From: an uncultured Clostridium sp.
GTDB taxonomy: Bacteria > Bacillota > Clostridia > UBA1212 > UBA1255
Assembly (NCBI GenBank): GCA_900543695.1
Contig: UQSG01000005.1
Coordinates: 16,124-80,123 of the forward strand
Direction of reading: 5' to 3'
DNA: 64,000 nt
Shown piece after piece: positions 1 through 9,233 of this stretch. The position numbers and the translations under genes are program-made. The notes under the pieces were generated by a model that saw only the letters and a list, made by a program, of their open reading frames with translations, was not told where the DNA came from and did no database searches. Position 1 is the first letter of the stretch. Each line of letters starts with the position of its first letter.

Positions 1-1017
1 GTGAATTTTATTAATAACTTTTCCATATCGCTGATTATGATTTTCGGCGGGATTCTGTATATGTATTCACAAAACGGCACGTTTGCCGCAGGATCGCTTT
101 TGTTCATCACATTGGGCGGCGTGGCGCAATTCGTCCAATATTCAAGGAAATTTGCCGGTCCTATCAATGAGTTTGCCAATATTTTAAATGAGTTTCAGTC
201 GGCCTTTGCCGCGGCCGAGCGTATATTCCGGATCATCGACGAACAGCCAGAAGCGCCGGATCCCGCAGGCGCTCCGGCGCTGTGCAGCGTTTCCGGGAAA
301 GTAGAGCTTCAGAACGTTTCGTTTGGTTATTCCCCGGAGAAAACCATATTGCACGAGCTTTCCGTCAATGCGGAGCCCGGCAGAACGATCGCAATCGTAG
401 GACCTACGGGCGCAGGAAAAACGACAATCATCAATCTGCTCATGCGTTTTTACGATGTAAATTCCGGTCAGATCTACGTTGACGGCAATGAAATCCGGAG
501 CGTTCGCCGCGACTCGCTCCGGAAGGCCTATACGATGGTGCTGCAGGATACGTGGCTTTTCCACGGTACGATTTTCGACAATATCGTATACGGAAGAGAA
601 AATGCGACGATGGAAGAAGTGCGGAGGGCGGCAAGGGCGGCGCGCATCGATTCCTATATTGAAAATCTGCCGGACGGCTATGACACCGTGCTTTCAGATG
701 AAGGCGTGAATATCTCCAAGGGGCAGCGTCAGCTGATCACAATCGCGCGCGCAATGCTTTCCGGATCGACAATGCTGATCCTGGACGAAGCGACTTCAAA
801 TGTGGATTCGCGAACGGAAATCAAAATTCAGGAGGCCATGTCGGAGCTGATGATTGGACGTACCTGTTTCGTAATTGCGCACAGACTTTCAACAATTCGA
901 AACGCCGATCTGATTCTGGTGCTCCAGGACGGCCGGATCATCGAACGAGGAAGCCACGACGAGCTGATGCAGTCGGGAGGATTTTACAGTACATTATACA
1001 ATTCCCAGTTCTCATAA
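1..1017 (+). CDS. ABC exporter ATP-binding/permease protein, C-terminal portion (gene starts upstream of window)
   Basis: Reading frame is open to the window edge. Last TM segment, then NBD with Walker A GPTGAGKTT, ABC signature LSDEGVNISKGQRQ, Walker B MLILDEATS and H-loop AHRLST. TAA stop at 1015-1017. Confidence 0.9.
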   Translation: MNFINNFSISLIMIFGGILYMYSQNGTFAAGSLLFITLGGVAQFVQYSRKFAGPINEFANILNEFQSAFAAAERIFRIIDEQPEAPDPAGAPALCSVSGKVELQNVSFGYSPEKTILHELSVNAEPGRTIAIVGPTGAGKTTIINLLMRFYDVNSGQIYVDGNEIRSVRRDSLRKAYTMVLQDTWLFHGTIFDNIVYGRENATMEEVRRAARAARIDSYIENLPDGYDTVLSDEGVNISKGQRQLITIARAMLSGSTMLILDEATSNVDSRTEIKIQEAMSELMIGRTCFVIAHRLSTIRNADLILVLQDGRIIERGSHDELMQSGGFYSTLYNSQFS

Positions 1018-1084
1018 TATTTTTTAGGCAGATCATTTTCCTAAAAATATGATATACTATACGGGTATCTTATTATTAAAGGAG

Positions 1085-1927
1085 ATGTATGGAATGAGCG
1101 AAGAATGCACCCATGACTGCGGCAGCTGCGGAGCCGACTGTCCGAGCCGCGGTCAAGCACAGCCTGAATCCCTGCTGGAAAAGCCGCATGCTGGCTCTGC
1201 AATTAAGAAAGTAATCGCCGTCGTCAGCGGTAAGGGCGGCGTCGGAAAATCACTCGTTACGTCGCTGATGGCGGTGAACATGCGGCGCCGTGAATATCAG
1301 ACCGCGATTCTGGATGCGGACATCACCGGTCCGTCCATTCCGAAAGCATTTGGAATCAAAGAAAAAGCGACCGGAGACGCATCCGGTATTTATCCGGTTG
1401 AGACAAAAACCGGAATTAAAATCATGTCTCTCAATCTGCTGCTGGAAAACGAAACGGATCCGGTGGTATGGCGCGGGCCGATCATAGCGGGAACCGTAAA
1501 GCAATTCTGGACCGACGTGATTTGGGGCGACGTAGATTATCTGTTTGTGGACATGCCTCCCGGAACGGGCGATGTGCCGCTGACCGTATTTCAGTCCCTT
1601 CCTGTGGACGGACTTCTGATCGTCACCTCTCCGCAGGAGCTGGTATCCATGATCGTGGAAAAAGCCGTAAATATGGCTGCGCTTATGAATGTTCCGGTAC
1701 TGGGAATCATTGAAAACATGTCGTATTATATCTGCCCCGATTGCGGCGCAAGGCACAGCATATACGGGGAGAGCCATATTGATGGCATTGCGGCAAAGCA
1801 CGGAATTCCCGTAACGGCCAGACTTCCGATCGATCCAAAATTTGCCGCAGCATGCGACAAGGGCACAATTGAGCTGTTTGAAAATGACGCGCTCGATCAG
1901 ATTGCGGATCAGATTGAGAAATTATGA
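1085..1927 (+). CDS. Mrp/NBP35 (ApbC-like) P-loop ATPase, Fe-S cluster carrier, with Cys-rich N-terminus
   Basis: Deviant Walker A KGGVGKS, CPDCG motif near the C-terminus, N-terminal CTHDCGSCGADCP. AAAGGAG RBS in front of ATG at 1085/1094. Confidence 0.85.
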   Translation: MYGMSEECTHDCGSCGADCPSRGQAQPESLLEKPHAGSAIKKVIAVVSGKGGVGKSLVTSLMAVNMRRREYQTAILDADITGPSIPKAFGIKEKATGDASGIYPVETKTGIKIMSLNLLLENETDPVVWRGPIIAGTVKQFWTDVIWGDVDYLFVDMPPGTGDVPLTVFQSLPVDGLLIVTSPQELVSMIVEKAVNMAALMNVPVLGIIENMSYYICPDCGARHSIYGESHIDGIAAKHGIPVTARLPIDPKFAAACDKGTIELFENDALDQIADQIEKL

Positions 1928-2373
1928 GCAGAAGAGAAACGGCCGTTCGGCTTTTTAAAGAAGGATACAGCTGTTCTCAGGCGGTGCTGCTGGCCTTTTC
2001 CGATCGGATCGGTATTTCTGAAGAGCAGGCTGCCCTGGTGTCTTCCTCCTTTGGCGCCGGCATCGGAAAGCTGCGCGAGACTTGCGGAGCCGTTTCGGGA
2101 ATGCTGATGGCGGCGGGATTAATCAGAGGCTACGCAGAACCGCGGGATCCTGCCGCGAAAGCGGCGCATTACCAATTTGTTCAGGAGCTGGTAGGCGCCT
2201 TCAGAGAAAAAAACGGAACGATTATCTGCCGTGAATTGCTGCGCGGGAAGGTTTCCGACGACATATTGAGACCAGATACTCCGCCGGAAGCCAGAACAGA
2301 GGAATACTATAAAAAAAGGCCGTGCCTCCAAATCATCGGGGACGCGGCAGAACTGCTGGAACGTATGCTGTAA
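1924..2373 (+). CDS. C_GCAxxG_C_C family protein (putative redox-active small protein)
   Basis: 149 aa. Family-typical CSQA...GAGIGKLRETCGAVSG motifs. ATGA start/stop overlap with the upstream Mrp gene suggests translational coupling. Confidence 0.6.
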   Translation: MSRRETAVRLFKEGYSCSQAVLLAFSDRIGISEEQAALVSSSFGAGIGKLRETCGAVSGMLMAAGLIRGYAEPRDPAAKAAHYQFVQELVGAFREKNGTIICRELLRGKVSDDILRPDTPPEARTEEYYKKRPCLQIIGDAAELLERML

Positions 2374-2554
2374 TATAAAACAAGCGTCCAAAATGATAAG
2401 CCCTGCAAGGCGATTGCTGCTTGCCGAAGCCTGTCCTGCCAGCAAAAGAAAAACAGCTGATATGGGAACAGCGGCAGGAGCTGCTTGAAGCGCTTGCCGG
2501 CTATTTGAAATGGAATGAGGCTCCGTCGCAGACCAATATCTCATGGAGGCGGTT

Positions 2555-3616
2555 ATGAAAATCATTGAGGCAACAGACAGGCCGCCGGATTTAATCAACC
2601 GGCTGCTGGAGGTATGGGAACGTTCCGTAAGGGCTACCCATCTGTTTCTGGCGGATGACGAGATCAAAAGCATAAAAGAATATGTTCCGCAGGCATTGCG
2701 TGGAGTCGCCCATTTGATTCTTGCAGAAGACAAAGCAGGCCGCCCCGTGGCCTTTATGGGGATTGAAGATGGTTCGCTGGAAATGCTGTTCCTTTCTCCG
2801 GAAGAACGAGGAAAGGGGCTGGGGAAACGCCTGATCCAATACGGAATGGAAAGCTATGCTGTTGAGCGGTTAGCTGTGAATGAGCAAAACCCGCAGGCAA
2901 AAGGATTTTATGAGCATATGGGCTTTCATGTCTGCAAAAGAACAGACCTTGACGAACAGGGAAACCCCTACCCTCTTTTGTATATGAGTCTTCCCCGGAA
3001 GCCCTTAGAGAAGAGCGAAGGAAACCAGAGGAATACGCCGACATTGGAAACGGAGCGTTTGATTTTGAGAAGATTCACGGAGCAGGATCTGAACGCACTG
3101 TTCCTTATCCTGCAGGATGAGGAAGTCAACAAATTTTTGCCCTGGTATCCTGTAAAGGATATGGACGAAGCAAGACGGTTTTATGAGGAACGGTATGCTT
3201 CAAAATATGCTCAGCCGCAGACGTATGCCTATGCAATCTGTTTGAAAGAGGACAACCGTCCGATCGGCTACATCAAGGTCGATATGGAAGAGCATCATGA
3301 TTTTGGCTATGGACTCCGCAAGGAATTCTGGCATAAAGGCATTGTCACGGAAGCGGGCAAAGCGGTCATAGAGCAAGTGAAAAAGGACGGCTTGCCCTAT
3401 ATCACGGCAACGCATGACAGAAATAATCCCAGAAGCGGCGGCGTCATGCGAAATGCAGGTATGAAATATCAATATTCTTATGAGGAGCACTGGCAGCCCA
3501 AAAACATTTTGGTGACCTTTCGGATGTACCAGCTGAACCTGGATGGGAATGAAAGCCGGGTTTATAAAAAATATTGGGACAATTCGGCTGTGCATTTTAT
3601 AGAAGAGAACATATAA
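2555..3616 (+). CDS. Tandem-GNAT N-acetyltransferase (two fused GNAT domains, second one RimJ/RimL-like)
   Basis: Two acetyl-CoA-binding cores (RGKGLGKRLI... and a second domain after TLETERLILRRF). GGAGG RBS before ATG at 2555. An alternative ATG lies at 2543. Confidence 0.8.
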   Translation: MKIIEATDRPPDLINRLLEVWERSVRATHLFLADDEIKSIKEYVPQALRGVAHLILAEDKAGRPVAFMGIEDGSLEMLFLSPEERGKGLGKRLIQYGMESYAVERLAVNEQNPQAKGFYEHMGFHVCKRTDLDEQGNPYPLLYMSLPRKPLEKSEGNQRNTPTLETERLILRRFTEQDLNALFLILQDEEVNKFLPWYPVKDMDEARRFYEERYASKYAQPQTYAYAICLKEDNRPIGYIKVDMEEHHDFGYGLRKEFWHKGIVTEAGKAVIEQVKKDGLPYITATHDRNNPRSGGVMRNAGMKYQYSYEEHWQPKNILVTFRMYQLNLDGNESRVYKKYWDNSAVHFIEENI

Positions 3617-3636
3617 ATACCAATTCGCCTGACAAG

Positions 3637-3674
3637 AAAGCGGCGGCACAGCCTTCCGGCTGCGCCGCCGCCTT
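3637..3674. terminator. Bidirectional hairpin between convergent genes
   Basis: GCGGCGGCACAGCC-ttcc-GGCTGCGCCGCCGC, a 14-bp stem with one mismatch. A T-rich tract follows on the minus strand (TTTCTTGT). Confidence 0.5.
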
Positions 3675-3724
3675 ACATATTTCCTTCGTTATTGCGCCTC
3701 GGCTGACCGGGCACTTTTTTAATC

Positions 3725-4882
3725 TTATCCGATCTCGCCTTTTCTTCTCACCGTCAATGCGATGACAGCAGAAAGGAGTACGACAATCGCAAAGGCGACT
3801 GCGGCGATCTGTGCATCACCGGTCTCTGCAGGCGGCTCCGGATCAGAAGGGTTTGAAGGATCCGTCGGTTCAGAAGACTGTTCACCAAAGTCTGGGTTCA
3901 AAACTTCCGCAGGCGCATTGGCTTTCTCAGTGTAAAGCTGCATAGAAATACCTGCAGACGGATCTGCTGACGGAAGCACCGGGCCTCCTGCAAGCTGCCC
4001 TTCCGAATAAGTTTCCACGTCTATATCCATCGTAGAAACCACAAGCACCACATTGTTTTCACTCGCGCCATATTTTCCTTGGAAGCAAAGAACATATTCG
4101 CCTGCCGCAAGCGGCTCGTCGAATCTGACCAGATTGACATTGGCCTGACTGAGCGTATGCGTTTCCGTATAAATAGGCTCTCCCTCCAGGGAACCTGGAA
4201 TATCGCCATTGTAAGCATAGACGGAAATATCAATTTCAGGCTTCGCCGGATCGGCAACCCATGCGGGAATATTTAATGCCTGAATCGGAGTGTCACTGGA
4301 AAATGTCTGCGCGTAAAGCGCCTCCGGACCGTGAAACCAAAGCTGACCAAGACGATTGTCATCCGTAATGCTCATAACAGAAGAATTCGATACTACTTCC
4401 GAGCCCATTACAATTTCAAACTCTGCCGTTGCCAGAACCTCAAAACCGTTTGTCGCTCCGCTGAGATTATCGTCGCGGAACATAACAGCTCTATACTTCC
4501 CTTCCTTGATCTCCTTGGGGCTGATGAGCGCGTCGGTGCTCAGATCAACGATCGTGCCGTCCGGAACAACCAGTTCCTTATCGAGCTGATCACCGCTCTT
4601 TACATTCTGCGCATATACCCATCCGGAATTTTTTCCCTGATATAATGTCTTAGAATCCGTTTCGTTCAAATTCAGATCGGTCTCTGCAAAAATTCCGAGC
4701 CAAGTCTCATAAGTGGCCGCACCCGTGATTTTGGCCTTCAGGCTAATTGAGCCCGCGTCCGCTCTGACAACGGTTTTGCTAAGTATCAGTGTCGCTTCTC
4801 CGTCGGCAGAAACGGAAAGCACACCGATGCACATGCTTGCAGCGATTGCAAGAACTACAATGAAACACAGTACTCTTTTCAT
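3725..4882 (-). CDS. Cell-surface protein with N-terminal signal peptide and C-terminal TM anchor, function unknown
   Basis: N-terminus MKRVLCFIVVLAIAASMCIGVLSVSA. Tail: PSDPEPPAETGDAQIAAVAFAIVVLLSAVIALTVRRKGEIG. GGAGG RBS. Compositionally coding over 385 aa. Confidence 0.7.
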   Translation of the reverse strand: MKRVLCFIVVLAIAASMCIGVLSVSADGEATLILSKTVVRADAGSISLKAKITGAATYETWLGIFAETDLNLNETDSKTLYQGKNSGWVYAQNVKSGDQLDKELVVPDGTIVDLSTDALISPKEIKEGKYRAVMFRDDNLSGATNGFEVLATAEFEIVMGSEVVSNSSVMSITDDNRLGQLWFHGPEALYAQTFSSDTPIQALNIPAWVADPAKPEIDISVYAYNGDIPGSLEGEPIYTETHTLSQANVNLVRFDEPLAAGEYVLCFQGKYGASENNVVLVVSTMDIDVETYSEGQLAGGPVLPSADPSAGISMQLYTEKANAPAEVLNPDFGEQSSEPTDPSNPSDPEPPAETGDAQIAAVAFAIVVLLSAVIALTVRRKGEIG

Positions 4883-4983
4883 GGCTTTCCTCCATTAAAA
4901 AAATTTAGAGTAATATAACGACTCTTTATATTTAAAATAACATTTTATTTTTTCTTTTGCAATATTTTTTCAAAAAAAATAAA

Positions 4984-5022
4984 ACGCCCGTCTGCCTTTT
5001 GCGTGGCTTCGGACGGGCGTCT
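4984..5022 (-). terminator. Rho-independent terminator for the 5045-6028 gene
   Basis: Minus-strand stem GACGCCCGTC / GACGGGCGT, followed by TTTTATTTTTTTT. Confidence 0.6.
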
Positions 5023-5044
5023 CGTTCCGATTACTCGGAATCAA

Positions 5045-6028
5045 TTATTTTTTCTTTTTCTTTACTGCGATTCCCGCTACTGCGGCAATGATCACTATAA
5101 CGCCCACGACAATCAGAACAATCGCCCAGGTCGGAAATCCGCCTTCCGTATTGGAATCGGCCGCGGGAGACGTTGCGGCGGCCGGCTTCGGCGTTGCGGT
5201 TGCAGAAGAAGCCGTCTGAGATTCTGTCGGGGTCTCTGTCGCCTCAGGTGTCGGCGTCGCGCCGCCAACTTTATCCACTGCGCATCCGTCTGCTACAAGA
5301 TCATCCAGCGCAATTACCGCGCCTGATCCTCTGAGATCAAACCGTAATGCACTAAGCTGCGCAAATTCGACGCCGAATTCCGCTTTGCTGTCCGGAACAT
5401 ATTCTCCATCCAGGAAAAGGAAGCAGTCTGTTGACAAAGTCTCGCAGACAACAGCAACGGAATAAACACGCTCTGTTTCCAGCTCTGCGACAAGCGTATC
5501 TGCGAAATTATAAAGTCCGAGCGTTCCGTCAACATTTTTAAACGAAAGAATTGCTCCTTCTTCGCTTTCATTGTCCCTCTCAGGGGAATTCGTATCCGTA
5601 ATTTTAAAAGTAAATTTCCCGTCGGCAGGCATTGCGTCGATCCGGATTTTAAATTCTACGACATATGCATCGCCGTCAAACGGCGCCGCCTAGTCGATCG
5701 TCCATCTTCTGCCGTCCAGGAAATCTTTAATCATCAGAGACTGATCTCCGGAAATAGGATTTTCATTTGTGACCATCAAGAAGCTGCTGGCATTGCAGTA
5801 GGAAAAAAATCCGAAAGCGTCGCTTCCTGCAATCGTATACGGGTTGAAATCTCCCGTCGCATAATCCTCCATTGCTTCCAGATCTTCAAAATCCTGATAT
5901 ACTACGTCCGCAAGAAGATCTTCATACCGTTCGTATGTATAAGACTCATCCTCTGCTCCTACCGTCAGAATCCCCATCGCCGCAAGCAGCAGGGCGGCAC
6001 CGACGATGATAGCGCAAAATTTTTTCAT
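5045..6028 (-). pseudogene. Surface-protein gene (N-terminal signal peptide plus C-terminal TM/KKKKK anchor) interrupted by a single in-frame TAG at 5690-5692
   Basis: ORFs 5690..6028 and 5045..5632 are in the same frame. The 57 nt between them translate without stops (AAPFDGDAYVVEFKIRIDA). Only the fused product has both a signal peptide and the C-terminal anchor seen in paralogous-architecture proteins. Confidence 0.5.
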
Positions 6029-6161
6029 TTCATAACCTCCATCCGGACAAAGCCGTCTAAATTATTAATATTTATTATTATATCTGATCTAATATAAATA
6101 CGCAAGATATTCAAAAAATTATTCTGCGCCTCTCCTGACAGATGATTTGTCTGAAAATTTA

Positions 6162-6170
6162 TGATATAAT
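6162..6170 (+). promoter_or_regulatory. Extended -10 element (TGaTATAAT) upstream of the 6223 gene in an AT-rich divergent intergenic region
   Basis: TGATATAAT read directly. No good -35 at 17 bp, hence only an extended -10 call. Coordinates are accurate to about 2 nt. Confidence 0.35.
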
Positions 6171-6222
6171 ACAAAAATTCCTGTATCACAGGCAATATTT
6201 TTTCAAAAAACGGAGGTCCTCC

Positions 6223-6939
6223 ATGTTCGGTACACAAAAAATATCTCAATGCAGACGCATCCTTGCCGTGCTGATTTTTACGCTGCTGACGGCTTCCGTT
6301 TCCTGTACGTCTGATAAAGGAGGCAGCTCGGCGCCGCCTACGATTCCTTCCAGCGCTGCTACCATACCGCCTTTGTCCGTGTCTCCTTCTCAGTCAGTTC
6401 CCACGCCGGATCCCGATCTGCCGGACCGGATCGGTCTTTACATTGATGACGGCGGGACGCGAAGGCTGGTAGAGGCCTCTCATTCCGCGCCCTGGATTGC
6501 CGGGCAGGATATCGAATGCTACGAGGCAATCGCATCGCAGGAGGCTTCCCTCACGGGAACCGGTTTTGCGGAAATCTGGAATACGTGCTGGAGCCAATTC
6601 CCAAATACAAAAAATATCAAAATCGGCTATACAGTCGAACTGCTCTTCAAAACGGGAGAAACGCGCTCCTTCGATGTGCGTTCACCTGAGGATGCGGAAG
6701 AAAACCGAGACTATGTTGAGATTTATCTTTATGACGACGTACATCAGGTCCCCGGGGAATGGTACAGTCATCTTGAAGCTTCCGACATTACGGAAGAAAC
6801 CATTGCGACCTCCATTAAATTTACCGCCGGCAGTAAAATCGAAGAAATTGAAAAAATCCATCTGTCGGCTTATCTGTATCCAGCGGATCTGCCGGAGCAA
6901 ACGCTTGCGGAATACGGCATTGATCTTTTAAGAGCCTAG
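6223..6939 (+). CDS. Hypothetical secreted/lipoprotein
   Basis: GGAGG RBS then ATG at 6223. Signal peptide ending LTASVSC (lipobox-like). Pro/Ser-rich linker. TAG stop at 6937-6939. Confidence 0.6.
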   Translation: MFGTQKISQCRRILAVLIFTLLTASVSCTSDKGGSSAPPTIPSSAATIPPLSVSPSQSVPTPDPDLPDRIGLYIDDGGTRRLVEASHSAPWIAGQDIECYEAIASQEASLTGTGFAEIWNTCWSQFPNTKNIKIGYTVELLFKTGETRSFDVRSPEDAEENRDYVEIYLYDDVHQVPGEWYSHLEASDITEETIATSIKFTAGSKIEEIEKIHLSAYLYPADLPEQTLAEYGIDLLRA

Positions 6940-6962
6940 CGGAAGAAAGGAGCGGAAACAAT

Positions 6963-7928
6963 ATGAGGCTTATGGTTTTAGACCGTTGTACGGTAACACG
7001 GGGCGATATCAGCCTCGATGAATTAAAGCGATTTGGCGAGCTGAAAATTTATGACGTCATTCCGGAGAACCGGCTGGCAGAAACGATTCGCGGCGCAGAT
7101 GCCGTCATCTGCAACAAAGCCAGAATCACGTCAGACGTTATGGCGCAATGCCCGCATTTAAAATATGTCGGTCTGTTTGCCACAGGCTATGATAATGTCG
7201 ACATCCGGGAGGCGGCCAGAAGAGGGATCGTCGTCTGCAACGCCCCCGGTTATTCAACGGACTCGGTTGCGCAGCATACGTTTTCCCTTTTATTAAATCT
7301 GGCCTCCAATACAGTCGCGTACAACGCCTCCGTACACAGCGGAGACTGGATGCGAGCTTCCGTCTTTACCTATTTAAAATATCCGATTACGGAAATTTCA
7401 GGCAAAAAGCTGGGAATTGTTGGGTACGGAGCCATTGGCCGCGCCGTTGCCGCGCTTGGCCGGGCGTTTGGAATGCTGCCGCTGATCCATACAAGAACCG
7501 TGCCGGCAGCCTGCCCGTATCCCGTTGTTTCTTTCGACACTCTGCTTGCAGAGTCCGATTTTATCACGCTGCACTGTCCTCTTAACGATCAGACCAGGCA
7601 TCTGATTAATGCTGCCGCAATTTCTAAAATGAAAAAAACGGCATACCTGATCAATACTTCGCGCGGCGGCGTAATTGAGGAGGAAGCGCTTGCAGAAGCG
7701 CTTCATGCCGGACGGCTCGCGGGCGCGGGAATCGATGTGCTTGCAGAAGAGCCGATGCGGCACGATCATCCGTATTTTTCCGCCCCCAACTGTATTATTA
7801 CGCCGCATATCGCCTGGGCCTCGACGGAAGCGCGCCGCAGACTCATAAAGCTCGTCTGTGAGAATCTTGACGCATTTCTGAGAGGATCCCCCGTGAACAA
7901 CGTAGCGCGGAAGGAACTGATCGAATGA
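6963..7928 (+). CDS. D-isomer-specific 2-hydroxyacid dehydrogenase (glycerate/hydroxypyruvate reductase-like), NAD-binding
   Basis: GIVGYGAIGRAVAA Rossmann motif. Catalytic region INTSRGGVIEE and PHIAWAS. AAAGGAG RBS. Confidence 0.85.
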   Translation: MRLMVLDRCTVTRGDISLDELKRFGELKIYDVIPENRLAETIRGADAVICNKARITSDVMAQCPHLKYVGLFATGYDNVDIREAARRGIVVCNAPGYSTDSVAQHTFSLLLNLASNTVAYNASVHSGDWMRASVFTYLKYPITEISGKKLGIVGYGAIGRAVAALGRAFGMLPLIHTRTVPAACPYPVVSFDTLLAESDFITLHCPLNDQTRHLINAAAISKMKKTAYLINTSRGGVIEEEALAEALHAGRLAGAGIDVLAEEPMRHDHPYFSAPNCIITPHIAWASTEARRRLIKLVCENLDAFLRGSPVNNVARKELIE

Positions 7929-9229
7929 ATTATACAATAAACGCCTGCAGGCTCTCAGGGAAAGTTACGGCAATCCCATCGAAATCACACCTTCACAGGC
8001 AGCTGATCGCCGCCGCGCTTTACGGAACGGATACCGAGATCCGGGCCGGCGCAGCAGCGTCGGAAGATATTGCGGCAACAGAAAATTGTCTGGCTGCTCT
8101 GGGCGCGCAGATCCTCAGATCGGAAAGCGATCGGATCCATGTCAGAGCAATCAGGGAAAGACGCAGGGAGGAAGGCGTCCGGCGGCTTTTCTGCAAAGAA
8201 AGCGGTTCTACGCTTCGGTTTCTTTTGCCCGTGGTATGCGCGCTGGGGCTCCCTGCGGAATTTTATCCGGAGGGCCGTCTTCCCGACAGGCCGCTGTCTC
8301 CGCTGCGAGAAGAGCTGATCCGGCACGGCTGCCGGATTTCAGAGCCCGGAAGCGTGCCGCTTTGTGTAGGAGGCGCCTTGTCTGGCGGCGTTTTTGAGAT
8401 CGCAGGCGGCGTGTCATCCCAGTATATCAGCGGAATATTGCTGGCGCTTCCCCTTCTGGAGGCGGAAAGCACGCTCCGGATTACGGGCACGCTGGAGTCC
8501 CGCCCTTATGTGGAGATGACGCTTGAGGTGCTTGCGGGCTTTGGCATTTCCTTCACACAAGACAGCAGCTTCTCCGCTTTTATTAAACCGCGGGGCGTAC
8601 ATCGGGCACAGACGGTCCGCTGCCTTCAGACCGAAGGCGATTGGTCCAATGCGGCATTCTGGCTGACCGCAGGCGCGATCGGAGCGGAAGAGGTTTGCGT
8701 TTCCGGTCTTTCCCTGACCTCAAAGCAGGGGGACAAAGCAATTCTGCAGCTTCTGAAACAATTCGGCGCTTCTGTGAAAGCGGCTGAAGCAGAAAACGGC
8801 CTGAGCGCTGTTACCGTGTCGCCCTCGCCCCTGAAGGGGATTGAAATCAATGCGGCCGACATCCCCGACCTGGTTCCGATTCTTTCCCTGGCTGCGGCCG
8901 CTGCCGAAGGAACGACCGTTATCCGCGGCGCCGCCAGATTGCGTCTGAAAGAAAGCGACCGTCTTCAGGCCGTAACAGATCTGCTGGGAACACTCGGCGC
9001 CGACATCCGCCAGACGGACGACGGACTGATCATAAATGGAACGTGGAAAAATGGAAAGGCTTCGCTTCAGGGAGGAACGGTAAGCAGCTGCCACGATCAC
9101 CGCATTGCAATGACGGCCGCCATCGCCGCAGCCATTTCCGACGGACCGGTAACGATCCTGGGTGCGGAAGCAGTCAACAAATCTTATCCGACCTTCTGGC
9201 AGGATTTCGAAAAATTAAACGGGAAGTGA
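7925..9229 (+). CDS. aroA: 3-phosphoshikimate 1-carboxyvinyltransferase (EPSP synthase)
   Basis: N-terminal LSGKVTAIPSKSHLHRQLIAAAL and the overall EPSPS architecture. 434 aa. Start overlaps the upstream stop. Confidence 0.9.
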   Translation: MNYTINACRLSGKVTAIPSKSHLHRQLIAAALYGTDTEIRAGAAASEDIAATENCLAALGAQILRSESDRIHVRAIRERRREEGVRRLFCKESGSTLRFLLPVVCALGLPAEFYPEGRLPDRPLSPLREELIRHGCRISEPGSVPLCVGGALSGGVFEIAGGVSSQYISGILLALPLLEAESTLRITGTLESRPYVEMTLEVLAGFGISFTQDSSFSAFIKPRGVHRAQTVRCLQTEGDWSNAAFWLTAGAIGAEEVCVSGLSLTSKQGDKAILQLLKQFGASVKAAEAENGLSAVTVSPSPLKGIEINAADIPDLVPILSLAAAAAEGTTVIRGAARLRLKESDRLQAVTDLLGTLGADIRQTDDGLIINGTWKNGKASLQGGTVSSCHDHRIAMTAAIAAAISDGPVTILGAEAVNKSYPTFWQDFEKLNGK

Positions 9230-9233
9230 ATCT

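Noticed and set aside
184-564. Numerous long antisense or alternative-frame ORFs in the six-frame track that overlap strong genes (for example 184-564, 2119-2733, 26517-27188, 30421-31635, 33025-34011, 34075-34638, 36281-37336, 39419-40138, 40163-41074, 47828-48565, 50160-51731, 51398-52279)
   Set aside because: These are typical shadow ORFs of a GC-rich genome. Each overlaps a sense-strand gene with unambiguous family motifs. Their products are Arg/Pro/Cys-rich low-complexity sequences with no recognisable domains, and many start at GTG/TTG under the ORF caller's rules.
5690-5692. TAG recoding (for example pyrrolysine) as an explanation for the in-frame amber codon
   Set aside because: TAG is used as an ordinary terminator elsewhere in the window (for example 6937-6939). 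No pyl genes or Pyl-tRNA are visible. A nonsense mutation or sequencing error is more parsimonious.
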